Notes: a model not told the origin generated them from the letters alone. Shown: positions 12,298-26,599, counted from the whole stretch's first letter. The stretch is 63,378 nt of DNA, filler included, from Hausera hauseri (GCA_046269625.1; 12 parts of 12 records of this genome joined end to end with filler, not necessarily neighbours in it), one strand, 5' to 3'. Numbers and translations are program-made.

Positions 12298-13979
12298 TAG
12301 AAAATCAAGATGAGAATCTGTCTTCAATTCCCAGTTTGTACATAGTAAGATAAATAGTTAGACCTGGGAATATCGCTCATGCTGAGGAATTCGTGTAACA
12401 GCACTGGAATTGAACTCGAAATTATTACAGGACTTTAATTTATAGGAACAGCTTAAAGATTATCAAGACGAGATAGAAAGATGATAATCCATAATCACCC
12501 AAGTGATTTTATCGGCGAACCCATCTGTTGTCAAATTAATTATAGACTTGTGCCGAACGGCTCATGAAAAGTTAAGTTCTGAATTCAACCTTGGAGAAAA
12601 TCATCACGTGAGAAGTATCATTAAATGGGTAGAGTTCTTATAATACTGAGNNNNNNNNNNNNNNNNNNNNNNNNNNNNNNNNNNNNNNNNNNNNTTAATT
12701 AATTAANNNNNNNNNNNNNNNNNNNNNNNNNNNNNNNNNNNNNNNNNNNNGTGAGTAGAAGTTGTTTTGTCGTAGATGATAATTGTGTTTGTCGGAGTAA
12801 GTAATTTGGGTTTTTTGTCCAAGTAGGAAAGATTGAGTCTTTTGCTGTCTGATGACGGTTTTTATACCATCGTGTTGTAATGAATTTTTGTTGTTGAATT
12901 TGCGCCTATCAAAATTCAAAACTGAATTTTAAAATCGGCTATTCGATGAATTATTCGACAGGGTTGAGTCACTGTCTGGTGACCTGGTATTTCAAATGAA
13001 ATTTTATGACTTATTAGTCATCGTGGATTTAAGTGTGAGCGGTCATATGACATTCGACGTTGCATGACTTATATGAGTTATCAAAACGTAAAATTATTCA
13101 TTAATTTTATATGCAATAATGAATTTTATTGAATTTTAATTTTACTTAATTTTTTGAACTTCCTATGTTTTCAACTGGGATGGGTGTTAGTTAATCCGTT
13201 ATATATCACAAATGGCAGGGGATTGTATGAATTCAAAAGAATTGTAATCAAAATAAAATTCCAAAATTTTAAAAGGCAGGAAACTCGAATTGAAATAATA
13301 GATGCAAAAGTTCACAAATCAAAATGTATTTATTTATTTTTAGAATTCAATTTAAAACAAAAATCTGTTTATTTTATTGAATGATTTAAACAAACAGAAA
13401 AATCGACCATGCTGATCACCTTGAAATTAAACAAATAAAAATGTTCACGAATGTTGACAAGATACCGTGATAAACTCGACATTATTTAAATCTCATTACA
13501 TCGTGTGATAATCCTTTGTCCTCGGCAAATTGCGGCAATGTTTTTCAGATTTTCTGTTTTTGTCATGTAGAAGTCGATGACGGTTTGTAAGGAATATGAA
13601 TTAATAATGGTGTTTCGGGAGGGTGCTTCATGATGAGGTGGATGTGGAGAAGAAGCTGAAAATGGAAAAGGATCACGCGAAGAAGACGAGACTGGAGTTG
13701 GCAGCGAATCGTGCGATGAAGGTGAAATGAGTAGTGGAAGTGCAGGCGATGACGGAAAAGCAAATGGCGAAGGAACAGTAGATGATGAAATCCATTGGCA
13801 TAGCCCGCGTGGGTGATGACGGAAGTGAAGAGAACTGATCGTGACGCGCGAGTGAATGCTGCGAAGGATTAAAATCGTAAAGGAAGTTAGATGATGGCTC
13901 GAGGGTAGGGGAGTTAGAGTTGGGATTTGAAACAATGCTGTTGTCCCGGTCATCGTCAACGAAGAAGGCTGGCTTAAGA

Positions 13980-15499
13980 TTAGAAATGTGTAAGTTGTGA
14001 AGGGTGCTTTGCGTAAAATAGTGGCGGTGTGCGAAGAAAGGTTCAGTAGTTTGTAAGGGCCAACGTATTGGGGCCGAAAACCAGAATGTGACGGATCCTT
14101 CAGCTATATAAACTTGGCTCAGTATAAGTCCTCTGGAATATAGAATTTGTCTTTATTTATAAGGCGGCAAAATGCGTTTGAGTTGCCATCTACAAAGTGT
14201 GACTGTGCCGCACGAATAACTTCATCTGACGGTCTTTCATCGAGATTGGTGAGCTCAAATAGGGCACGAATTGGTGTCCCAAAGAGAGCTTCAGCTGCAG
14301 CGCAGCCGGTGGTGGTGGATGGCGTGTTGCGCCAACCGAGTAGGACAAGAGGAATAATTGAGGTCCAGTTATGATTGTTGTTTGCCAGGTTTTTTAATGA
14401 AATCTTCATAATGCGATGAAATCTCTCTAGAAGACCATTTGCTTGGGGATGGTACGGCGTCGAATGGAAATGGGCTATTCCCAAGTGCTTTACAAGAGAT
14501 TTGAAAAGATCAGCTTCAAATTGCGGACCCTGGTCCTTTATTATGTGACGTGGTGAGCCAAAACGGCTGACCCATACATTGATAAATGCATCTGCTACTG
14601 AGTCAATGTTTGTTGATCGAAGCGGAACGGCTTCCGGCCAGCGAGAAGCGCAATCCATCATGGATAAGATATACTTATAGCCGTTATCGGATGGTAAAGG
14701 ACCGACCAGATCTAAATGAACTGTGTCAAAACGAAATGTGCAAGGGAAGTGGTAAAGTGGTGGTTTGAGGTGTTTGTGAACTTTGTACTGTTGACATGCT
14801 GCACATTCCTTAACCCAGATTTGTACATTTGTACGCATAGTTGGCCATACAACGTGGCGTTGCAGTCGACTGAATGTGGCTAATAAACCCTGATGATGAA
14901 GAGTGAAAGTGATTGAAAGCTGTCTTTTACAGCGATGGAGCAAGAATCACTTTTTTGTTGGTCGAGTTGAAAGTGTCATAATCGATGTCATCGATAATTT
15001 CAACAGATTTAGAAGCTTGGAGAATATCAGATGATGGCTGATTTCTTCGCAGGACCTCAGAGGAGAAAATTGGCTGAACTGTAACTGAGTTAACCGACCG
15101 CAAAAGAAAATGGGCTACTAATTTTTCGGTGCCTGAAATACATTTTATGGAAAAACTGGGTGAGCAGAATCAAGACCAAAAAGAACGGTGTCAATGTGGC
15201 TCTGAAAGTTCTGACATGCACTACGTAGGCCGAAAGGCATAAAGATATATTTGTAAAGGCCGAATGGTGTGATGACAACAGTTTTGGGGGTGTCATCAGG
15301 CGCAACAGGAATTTGATGGTAGGCTTTGTGCAGATCAATGGTATAATAAGTATCGGTGTTGTTGAGGCCATGAAGAATATCTTTGATGAGTGGTAGTGGA
15401 TAGGCATCTGTAATAGTTAAATTGTTTAATTGTCTATAGTCGCCACATGGCCTATAGGTACCATCTTTTGTTACCATTACATGAAGAGGATAAACCCAC
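13980..15499 (-). mobile_element. Ty3/Gypsy retrotransposon remnant (RT fragment plus integrase; RNase H region deleted)
   Basis: RT KDGTYRPCGDYRQLN...IDLHKAYHQIPVAPDDTPKTVVITPFGLY...MPFGL. Integrase zinc finger and core (VHLDLVGPLP, DQGPQF, YHPQANGLLERFHR) with a downstream GPY motif. Confidence 0.92.
14119..14943 (-). CDS. Gypsy integrase (zinc finger plus rve core)
   Basis: HHQG...WPTMRTNVQIWVKECAACQQYK; D, D and E residues in VHLDLVGP / KDQGPQF / LLERFHR. Confidence 0.9.
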   Translation of the reverse strand: MLHRCKRQLSITFTLHHQGLLATFSRLQRHVVWPTMRTNVQIWVKECAACQQYKVHKHLKPPLYHFPCTFRFDTVHLDLVGPLPSDNGYKYILSMMDCASRWPEAVPLRSTNIDSVADAFINVWVSRFGSPRHIIKDQGPQFEADLFKSLVKHLGIAHFHSTPYHPQANGLLERFHRIMKISLKNLANNNHNWTSIIPLVLLGWRNTPSTTTGCAAAEALFGTPIRALFELTNLDERPSDEVIRAAQSHFVDGNSNAFCRLINKDKFYIPEDLY

Positions 15500-15855
15500 T
15501 GTTGGAACCCGACTGACTAGTTGGGTAATCCGGAAGACATGAGAAATAGAGAAGAAAGTGTATATAGTATATATATGTGTGTTTGGGCATGCGTGTGTAT
15601 ATGTACAGATTGGAGTAAGCGAATGGTGACGTTATATATAGATATTGTACATATAATTTTATGTTTATTATGGTAATTTGTATGGGATTGTGATTGTTTG
15701 TAAAAATCTGCGTGATTGGAAATGTAAAATAAGTGTGGAAATATAAAAAAGAATGTTGTGACTGCTATAAATAAACAGCCCGGGTCGACATTCAGGGGAG
15801 CCGGAAGACGAGAGTGGCCGAGAAATCGATTCCAATTGTTAACTGAACTCAACTA
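15500..15855 (+). mobile_element. Putative 5' LTR of a second Gypsy element, inserted into the RT of the first
   Basis: Begins TGTTGG exactly where the minus-strand RT is cut; TATAAA near 15765; ends ...CTCAACTA; followed by A-rich coding remnants leading to a protease. Confidence 0.5.
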
Positions 15856-15931
15856 TTTAGCGTCTCATCGTGTTAAAAGTACTCAGAAAAATATTAAAAA
15901 CCGTCATAACAAATATTCGAATTCATAACGA

Positions 15932-18869
15932 TGGAACGAAAATTTTGAAATCATTAGGAGTTGGAAAAGAGGGCAATCAAGAAATAAATACAGTGGCGAA
16001 AGATCAGTAAATAGTTGCATACGTACTCAGATTCGGATGTTATCAATTGGAACTCAAAAGAAAATTATTTCAAATATAACAGCAACTACAAATAGAATCA
16101 TAATTTGGCAAAAAATACTCGGGCATCGAGAAATGCAAGTGTACCTTGTAAGAGTACTTCGATGCATTCGAAATGATTTTATCTGATTCATATCCTCAAT
16201 TCATCTTATGAGATATTTATAGACACGTGGAATATCAAAATTTCATCATTTATAAAACCTTCAAAAATATCCACACAGAAATTCGAGGTTAATTGAACAA
16301 AATTTCAGGATATAATGGTCAATTCTTAAATTATATAAAATACATTAGATCCTATGGATCAAACCAACTATATTGGCATATATAAGTTATATGGGTTATA
16401 TATGACAATATTGACAATTGAATTGAAAATAAAAGAATTATGAATACAAAATTTAAAGTTGAGTCAAAAAATCCTGATACGGACAAGTTCAGAATTATCA
16501 AATTTCTCAGAGAATATGAGGAAATTTCTTGAAAGCTAGGTACCAATGGATACAGGAGAGCTTGGGGACCACGGGTATGAAGTCTCTCCAAGTAATATGC
16601 AGAATCCAGGCCAAAAGAGACAGAATAACATTGAGATATTATCCTTGTCCCAATCGTACAAATATGTTTTAAATAAATGCAATTTGAAAATGTTTGAATA
16701 TGAACGAGATTATCTTGAATTAACGAAGAGAAATAATCCAAATTATGACGGTGAAAACACTTATAGTCATAAAGAGGTAAAGATTGAAATTGGCAGTTTG
16801 ACCTTAACAGTTAAAAGTCATGGTAAGAGGCTAGAAGTAACTGTTACACATGGAACGCAAAAGATAAAGGTAACTTGTAAAATGGACGAAATTAGAAAAC
16901 TTTCCGATGATGAATTATATGTGCAAAGTACCAAAACGAAAGACGAGAAAAATTTCGTTGTAAGAAGAAAACAAATAGATGATTCATGGCAAAGATTTCA
17001 AGAATCAACTAAATACGAACATCGACGAATCATATCCTTGTGTAGATTTTAGACATTTTTAATGAAGGTATTCCGGTGTTATTTAAATATTATTGTTAGT
17101 TTCTGTTTTCGTTATTCTGGGTTGCTGAATGTCGGAATGGGCTATGCTGTCAGAATGATTGATAAAATCGGTGTGCTTGTATTGAACTTAGTTTTTAAAG
17201 GTGGATGTATTCCCCCGGAGAGGGGCACTCCGATAAAAATGGCCATGTATGGTGCAAAAAGTAATGTAAATGTATTTTTATATATAATTTAAATGTATTT
17301 TTATATCATTATATAATTATAGAATGTGGGAGGATTTAATAGAAGTTATAAATTGTATTTTATGGGGTCTGGGACAAGAACTCGAACAGTAATAAAAGGG
17401 AAACAGACCTGGAAATAGGGGTTTATGGAATTCGAGATGGGTTTAGGGATACATGAATTTAGAGAATTCATGAATGATACTTTGAGAATTGGTGAGAACA
17501 GGAGTTTGATAAAGGAGGAAATTTGTCTAACAGTGAATATGTTAGGATTTGACATATTTGCGTCGAATAACACTTATATAGAACCATCCTATGTACAGTG
17601 TACAGAAGCTACATTATATAAGGTCTATATAGAATCAACACCGATGTTGAAAAGAACTCGCCCTATAGTAACCTAAAAGGAAGGAATGACGACAATTATG
17701 ACACTAAAAAAAAGAATAGTAGATATATTACCAAACTAAAGAGACTTTTACTAAAGCCATTAAAGCAGAAATATCAAAGGAAACTGGTAACAGATCTACC
17801 ACAACTAGACCCTGCTGACGAATATCATAGACAAACTTATCGGGAACACTTAACGATAAATCCATCCGCTCCACAATATGTGAAACATCGAGGAATATAC
17901 CCTACATATCAAGTCCTAAAAATAAGACAAAACCATGATGAAGGACTCGTACCGTACAATTACGAACCTACTTTTAAAACAAGTACTAATGGAAATGAAG
18001 CTCGGTCCTACATGAGACCGGAAATAGAAATAGAAGTAAATGGATATCCATTAATTGCCTTAATAGATATAGCATCTACAACCACAATTATGGGAAAGGG
18101 TCAATTACCCAAGGAATTAAAAAATAAATTACGAAAACCTGGGGAAACGTTGATTAATGTGGGAGCATTTGGAATGGAGGAAGAAATAAAAATGGTTCTT
18201 GATGCAAATATTAAAATTTGCGATCAGATAATAAATCATACCATAAGAGTATCTGAGAATTTAACCAACGAGATATTAGTGGGATGCGACGTACTATATC
18301 AATTAAATAACGTGCATATTGATGTTAAAACTGGTCAACTTAAAAATTTTAACGAAAAGCGATAGAAAGAAGTAGTTTCACTGATTAAAGTATCACAATC
18401 CCACCGTGTTCAGAAATAATAGTGCCTGGTAGAATAGAAAGGAAACTACCAATAAGGTCATTCTATTTTGAGCTATCTCCACATTTGATGGGAAATATGA
18501 CATTTTAGTAGCATCACATGTGGATAAAATAAGAGAGGGAAAAATCCATTTGATAATCTGTAACGCGGGAACGAAGGAAAAACGATTAAGATGAAACACC
18601 AGACTCGGATCGGTAACAGCAATTGAAGAATTACCCAAGGAGTGGATTAAGTCGATTATGTCATATGCAGATAAGATCGAAAAGATGATGTCGAGGAAAT
18701 TAAAGTCGAACACTAACAAAGATAAGGAAAAGTAAGCCACCACTATTAATTGGAAAGAGAAGTTACAAAATTCCAAGATATTAACTAAAGAGGAAGAAGA
18801 AATGTTGATCCAATTACTAGAAAATAATAGTTTTCGATTCGCCCGGAATGACTATGATCTAGGAACGAT
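15932..18869 (+). mobile_element. Decayed Gypsy internal region: unrecognised N-terminal ORF, retropepsin protease, start of RT
   Basis: RPEIEIEVNGYPLIALIDIASTTTIM...ILVGCDVL is an aspartic protease with a degenerate DTG. LTKEEEEMLIQLLENNSFRFARNDYDLGT is typical of the pre-RT region. Confidence 0.75.
17041..17531 (+). mobile_element. Possible nested solo LTR
   Basis: TGTAGA...CTAACA with an internal AATAAA. Removing it rejoins the flanking ORFs in frame. No clear target-site duplication. Confidence 0.3.
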
Positions 18870-21800
18870 NNNNNNNNNNNNNNNNNNNNNNNNNNNNNNN
18901 NNNNNNNNNNNNNTTAATTAATTAANNNNNNNNNNNNNNNNNNNNNNNNNNNNNNNNNNNNNNNNNNNNTATATACAATGTTGTTTTTGTTTTGGACGTG
19001 GCGATTTGTTGCGTTGTGACATGCTTGTCCATATGCAATTTTCGTGTACCATTCTTTCTCTGAATGGTGTTCCGTATCACCTTCAAAATTCCTGCCGAGA
19101 TCGTTGGAGATGAACAGGATGTAGCATTCAATATGCAAGTACTTAGCGTGTGAGTGCTTGTGTCAGCCGGAGAAGTTGATGGTTCATTGGCTGCGCTTGT
19201 TTGACTGGTCTACAGGGTAGGTGGTGCTGCATCTACACTCATGGAACTGATATGAGGATAATGTTTCAATCATATAGTTTTATTTCTTTCCGTATGTATT
19301 TGTCTTGCTGGCAGTGCAAGCTATTTTTTCTTTTTTTCATGGTCAATTGTGTATGTTGCTGTGTTCGTGCTGCCGGATTGTATGCAACTCTTTCTCTCTT
19401 CAAATTTGATCTACTGTCCCCCTCTTCTCCATTTGTTTTCATATTTCTTTTTGTATGACAGTCTCTTTCAGTTCTACCGAACAGCCCTACAAGTAGTGCG
19501 GAGGTTTTTTTTTTTTTTTTGTGTATTGAAGCTGTTGGGAGACATGAAACGAGTAACATCATGAGTGATGCTGAAATCCAGGTAGCTGTCTGCACTGACG
19601 TCGTTCTGGAGCATTTTCTTTTTTTTTTTATATGAGACAGAACGGGTAAGAACGGACGATGACAACAACAATGCCGAATAGAGTGATCAAGGTGAGAACT
19701 ATCATAAGGAACAAAGGTATCATCTTCTTTCCTTAGAGACTGAGGAGCAACGCTGCTTCCTTTTTGACGATGCTGCTTCTGATCAATGTGTTCATTTACG
19801 GTGGCGTTATTCAGTTACAACCTACAACACGTGCTCTCCAGAGACGAGCGCATGATGTGGAATTTGAGCTTCAATCAGACTAGCAAAGAGTATTGTCGGA
19901 TCCAAGGACAGGAACCACATGAACGACAACACATTGTCACGAAAAGCTGCAACAGGGTTATTTAGACACCGTATCGAATATCAAGGAAATCGGATAATTG
20001 ACGGCAATGACGATTGCTACATTGAGAGTGTTAGATACGTTTTTGTTTATTTTTTGCTTTTTTTCGCACGTTGTTACCGCACCTGCGGCCACCGTCATAT
20101 GTGTACCCTCCCAGTCGGTCGTCAATGATGTTGAAGAGTCGTCAATTGGTGAAAACCAGCAGTTCCTTCCCAGAGAAGTAAGCAGTACTTTCACAGTATG
20201 CTTTCCACGTGATGCTGATTTTCTGAAGATCACGACCCAACAGAAACAAACAAGCAAACAAAGAGTGAAAGCGAACTAGTCTCAGCATATTTGTGTCCAA
20301 ACGCTTGACATTAATTTTTCTTCCCGGAGAACTCTCTCTTCTAGTGGAGAACTTAATCCGATTGCTATGGACAAGATAAGCGTAAAAGCTACAGCTACAA
20401 CAGACTACGATAAAATATCCAAAAGAAACAGGACAATCTTTTCCGTGAAGCCATCCTCTTCGATCAAACTGTCCTCTACACTGTGTGAATGATGCTGCTT
20501 TCAACAAGCCCAGGGTAACTAATAAATGAACGGCCGTTCCTTCATCAACTGAGGACACAAGGACAAATGATATTCTCTTTAACTCGTTGAAAGTTCTCTT
20601 GTGTCGAGTAAGATGATGTTTATATGCAAATGTGTGTTGGTATATTTCATGTACGGGCACAGGCTCAGTAGCTTTAAGGACTGTTCTCTTTGAAACGTGA
20701 TCAACAATAATATCGCCAGGATGGTTAGTTTTTAGCTGCGGCTCAAGAGCCGCTCATTGTATGCGAAATTTGTCGCGGAAATCAATTCACATCTCCATTT
20801 GTGTCACCGTGTTTGTTGGCAGTACGTGCGGATCCTTACACGTTGTCTATAAGAGGGAATCAGGATGAGTCTGGAGAACGTCTGTGTGACGGCCGCGTTC
20901 GTTGTCTCAGTACCACGTGCTGATTTCATCTGCCGGACTAATGGGGTTTTCTGCTGATATCCTCTGAAAGAAAAAGGGCACGGAAAAGGCTTTCCAACTC
21001 GCTTCAGTCGTGATAGCTGGCATTGCGGATACAGTCACAATCGGCTGGACATGGCCCGCACTACCTAAGGACACAATCAAGCCTGGACGAGCGAAGACCT
21101 CAAGAGAGGGTTTGTTTTTGCAAGGTGTTTGTCGGTGCTGGCGGTTTGCTCACCCGATGTCAAGTGTCTCACTATTTTCCCCGCCCCTTTTATCACTACA
21201 TGAATTCGTCGAACTTGTTCGCGCTTCTCATCTTATCGTTTGTGCCGCATTGTGTGACGCTATCATATGTCACGCCATCCGACACTGAGAACTACACGTT
21301 GCATAAAACAGTGGCCACAAGACGCGCCAATTCTAATTTTGAAGTTAACCTTCTACACCACCACTCCTCCGAATACCAATCCATTGTGGATAAGGCCCCC
21401 CTTCTGAAGAAGGTTCTTGCAGGTAGATGAAACCCTTGAAACTAACGTAGGAATGTAGGGAGGGCAGAAAAGGGTATGGTTTACAATACGCATCTATAGA
21501 GTTTAGTTCTTTGTGAAGTTGACTGACCGTGAACAGTAGGTGAAGGAGCATGTTATCTTGCCAATATTGAAAGTTACCGGGCGCACCTCCAATATTTTTT
21601 CTCGGCATATTCAGTGTAAGCCCCCGAACTCGCGTCACATGGGTAACTTGAATCCTCCTGATTGTGATGTTGCATTCAGTGTCGGCAGTTGATCTCGTGC
21701 CTCTTGCGGAATGCAGTGAAGCAGGCCAGATTCTCATGTTTATATTTCCCATTCGTGGAGTAATAGACACGGCTATAATTTTGCTGCAAAATCGACGACT

Positions 21801-23149
21801 CTTAGACATTCCCGACCTAAGTGCACATACCAACTAATCAAACATCGTTGATATGCCACAGTTGAACGACACCACTATACATTCTTGTTTACTAGGGCCC
21901 GTATGTGAGCGAATGTATGTTTCGACCTGTTCAAAAGATTAGACTGGCATCTTTTTTCAAGTTCTCCCTAGACATATTCCTTCCGAATTTTTTTCTGAGA
22001 ATGGCAACCATCCATTTGCCGCAATCTTGAGGCAGTTCCATCACCTCCTTATCCGGGTGGTCTGTATGCCCACTACCTTCAATGCTTCATTCGGAAAAAG
22101 ACAAATCGCAGCCGAATTGTTATTCTTTTTGTCGCACAATTGTATTAGACAGATACGAATATCACACTATATGTGATAGTCTGCTGCATCGGTGTCCTGT
22201 TTTATACACAGTGACGACGAATGCAAATCAGGGTAAACCTTAGGCGTTTGAGCCGACATACGTAGAAAAAGACATAGTTCAATCAATTCTCGAAGATCAA
22301 TGAGCATTACAATGCACTTCGAACGATATCATACAGGGACCCAATACGCATGCGCAAAATGTGTTCATCAGTTCACTGTTGAGATAAATTGCGTTTACCG
22401 CACAAGAACTGTTCATCATAAGAGTCGACCCTTCTATCCACGGTAAAAGTGGCGACGCCGTTATTTTAGAGCATTCTGTACTGAAAGTACTATGCTTTTT
22501 TGTTGTGGCAGGAGTCCGCATGTTGACGCGTGTTAGTGTTGTAGCGGTCGATACTTTGCTGTCAGAGACGCTGTGCGAAGAGGGTATAGTAAGACTAAGT
22601 CATTCTATGTTGGCAAAATGCAGCGGTAGCGTGTGAATGTGTCTCCAAGTAGGATGATTTCCAGTAAAAACCTTTTGTCCAACCTGTTGTTGTTGTCTGT
22701 CCCCCTTTTATCCCACATGAGGGACTATATTATATACATCTTTGTACTACTAATACTTCCTGCTGTGAAAACCGTGCTTCAACAAGGGTGTCTTGTAGAG
22801 TTCTATGAGATTGGAGACCGGCGATAATATTAGCCGCTTTACGTTGCAAATGCAAAATTTTGCTTGTCACTGCTGGACAAACGCTACCGTCCATCATTCC
22901 TCAGTGGTATATTACATTCAACTGCGGATTAGTGCTGAAAAGAGAGCTTGCGGTGTGCTGCTACNNNNNNNNNNNNNNNNNNNNNNNNNNNNNNNNNNNN
23001 NNNNNNNNTTAATTAATTAANNNNNNNNNNNNNNNNNNNNNNNNNNNNNNNNNNNNNNNNNNNNTGTTTTATTTTAATTCAAAGTATTAATTAGTTAATA
23101 TATATATATATATTGCATTTTACGCACACTTTAAATTGTTTCTCATTCA

Positions 23150-26100
23150 GAAATACAAACATTATCCCGTGTATTGCGTATCACTCATACATATTGCTGA
23201 AGAACAGTGCCATCAGCAGATGACGAAGTATTACGGCGTGGGCACGGATGGCTACTATGTGTCCAACGTGCAATATTTCAACCCATTGCCCGTACCCCGA
23301 AGTTTATGAGATGCACAAGCATCATCTCGGGCCGTTTACGCGGTTCAAGAAAATGATGCTTGCGTATTGCCCCACATACCTACGTTTCTGTACTAGTAGA
23401 GTGCATAACGTTGCTAGTTGCCATACTGCAATGGAGCAATACTATGGCACAGCCACAATGCTGCACGGTAAACGGGCCTGTGTTTGTTCCGGCTGTTCTG
23501 TAGTTGATGATTATGATCAAATCAATTATGAACAATTCTATAATTAGCACAAGAACCACTTGAACCAGTTTAAGCGGTAGAAAAAACAGATACTCATGGA
23601 CGCAAAAAAGCAACAACAACAACAACAACATCCCCTCAGCAACAATAACAAGTAAAAGGAAACGTCAAGCATCCACAAGCTTTGACGAATACGCGCAAAG
23701 CAGCAGCAGTAAGCAGCGTCAACAACAACAGCAGGAACAGTAGGAGGAGAAGGAGGAGGAACTACACATTACCGTCAAGTACGATCTAAACAGATCGTAC
23801 GTGGACATGAAGGTGGACATGCCCGCAAACACAAAAACGCAGTTGAGTCATGTCTCGTCCAGTGTGCTAAACCGACTGGAAGCTGAAGTGCGAAATTTAA
23901 ACACTGCAGAATGCAGTATTATGCACTTGCAGAATTTGAAAACGTGTAAGGTGACAGGAAACAATGGTACCTGTCACATCGAGCTGTACCCTATTTAGAA
24001 GATTTCATTGGCGACGTAGGCGAAAAGCTGGACGAAAAAATCGTCAACTATACGGAAAAAGTCAGTGGATGGCGAATAATCAAAATTGTCACTTTCGGCT
24101 TTATTATAACAAAATTCGAGTGACATAATTTATCTAACCGGACGTTCATTCTTACCGATACCTGAGGCTCTGAAACAATCACATGCGATAGTGAATGTGA
24201 AAAATACTGATTATGATGAATATTGTTTTCTATATAGTATTCTAGCAGTATTAAAATAAAACGAAGTGTCCAGGCAACATGGAAATTGTCCAAGTCACCA
24301 TCGACAGTATTTTTCAGAACTGGATTTCGAAGAAAGCTGAATGCCGATAAAACTAAAAACAATTGCAACATATGAATGGCGTAATCCTACACTGGTAATC
24401 AACGTGTTCCGGTACAACGCGATAATTGAAATACCGTGAGAAGAAGAGATATACAAAAACCCACATGTGGATATAATCTACTGCAGTCGAAACCTGAATG
24501 GACAGCTAATATATTTGTTGTTGTTGGAGCAGAAAGAAAAGTTCTATTACGCAGCAGTGACAAACCTAGACAGACTGCTGAACATGGCACATGACCACTT
24601 CATAAAAAAACAATACAATGTAAATGGTGTCCTGTATGTTTACACGGATTCAGGTTAGAAACTACATGGGAAAAGTAGTGACGCTGTGTAGACAACATTG
24701 CTTAGGAACAACAATGTACGTCATGTCCGTCGAAAAAGCTCTAAGATTCAGTGACTGGTCAAAAACGGACATTCCGGCATACGTCATATATGTCGATATC
24801 GAAGCAATTCTACCACAGTACAACGTGTATGACCAGAAGCATGTTCCAATCGCCGTCGGAATGCTGGTTGTGTCTATTAAAGCCGACAGACAACCGAAAT
24901 ACTACGTTTTCCACGGATGGAATTGTGTGCGTGATTCCGTATATCAGTTGGAGACTATAGTGAAACGGAAATCGAGCCGTGGTATCGGAATAATAGCACT
25001 AAGCCCTTGGTATGGGCAGACGAATATGAACCGCTGCTTTTCGCTGCCCCTGACGAATGTTACATGTGCCACAAAACCTGTTGGACTACATGCTTCATTA
25101 TCTGAAATTAGACGTGTACCTGTTAGCCGATGTGTTTCAGGCATTTCGAGCTAAAGCGTTTGTAGAAGATAGGCTGGAGCCACTCAACTTTTACTCAATA
25201 CTCGGAATGAGTTGGACATTAGCTCTGATGTCACTGGATCGGGATATCAAGCTATTGCAAAACCCGAAAATGTACCGGCTGTTTGATGTTGATATTCGTG
25301 GTGGCATGACTTTTGTCAACAAGCATCAGGTCACTGCTACCGCCGATACCACATCACTGCTGTACATTGATATTAATAACCTGTACGGCTGGGAGCTTTC
25401 GTAACCCTTGTCGTATGGTTCATTCGAAAAAGTAGTCAACAGACAAAATCTGGACGACATAATGGTCAACATACCACGAGCAGACATAACACGCTCAGTG
25501 AGATACCTGATGGAGGTCGATCTCGTGGTACAAATGAGCTGCATGACGTTTTGGACGATTTACCAGTCGCGCCAATTAGCCAATGTCCACCAGGCTGGAA
25601 GGTGAAGAAACTGCTTATGACGCATGAATCGAAGCTGAATTACGTGGTCCATTGTCGTTTGCTACAGTTCTACATGCAGCTCGGTGTACGCGTCACACAG
25701 CTGCATCGTGCAATACGCTTCAATCAGACGCCGATATTCAAGGCGTACATTAATGGAAATTCCGGGAAACGAGCCGCAACTTGTACAAATTTCGAAAAGG
25801 CCTATTACAAGCTCAAAAACTATTCACTGTACGGGAATACAGTAAAGAATTTGAAGAAACGGCTAAGTGTGCGCCTGTGCAACAACCAAAAAGGACTGTT
25901 ACGTACAACAGCAAGGCTCAGTTCAGGCGATCAATGCAAATTGCCGATGGATTGGTCGCCGTGCTTCTAAACAGAGAAGTCATACTGTACCGACTAAGCT
26001 ATATCAAACAAGTGGTATTGGACCTGAGCAAGTTGCGAATGTACGAGCTCCAGTATCGCGATTTGGCACGTTATCGGTAAATGTTCGACGGCTGTGAGAT

Positions 26101-26599
26101 TAGTATCGTTTCCGGTGAAACAGACAGCTTTTTTCTTGAGATAAAAAACATCAATCAAGACCAGCTGCCCCGAAAAATGACATCAGATGGATTACTGGAC
26201 ATGTCCAACTATCCACAGAACCATCCACTGTACAGCAGCACGATAACAAACAAAATCGGCTGCTTCAAGGACGAAAGTGAAGTCTGGATTCAATACAGGG
26301 AATAGATATTTTTGCGCCCAAAGTGCTGCAGTCTTCTGATGGACTATGGGCCGAAAATGCAGGCAAAAGGCATCTAGCCGAAACAGATGGAAATAAATCA
26401 CGGTGATTATCTCCGCGTCTATGATAGACAAGAAGAAAAAGGTGAAAATGCTGTTGTGTCTCAAACGACCATGCGATCGATTGAACATCAGCTGTATACT
26501 GTCACAAATAAAAAGGTTGCTTTGTCATGAAACGATGACAAGAAAAAGTCGGTGGGGCAGAATAAGAGTTGGGCGTACGGACATTGGCATTTGGATTAA
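23150..26599 (+). pseudogene. Polinton pPolB copy A (many stops and frameshifts, internal deletion near 25078)
   Basis: YVIYVDIEAIL (ExoI), YLKLDVYLLADVFQAFR, IRGGM, LLYIDINNLYGW, YYKLKNYSLYG, SGETDSFFL, IGCFKDE, AYGHW terminus. Confidence 0.93.
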
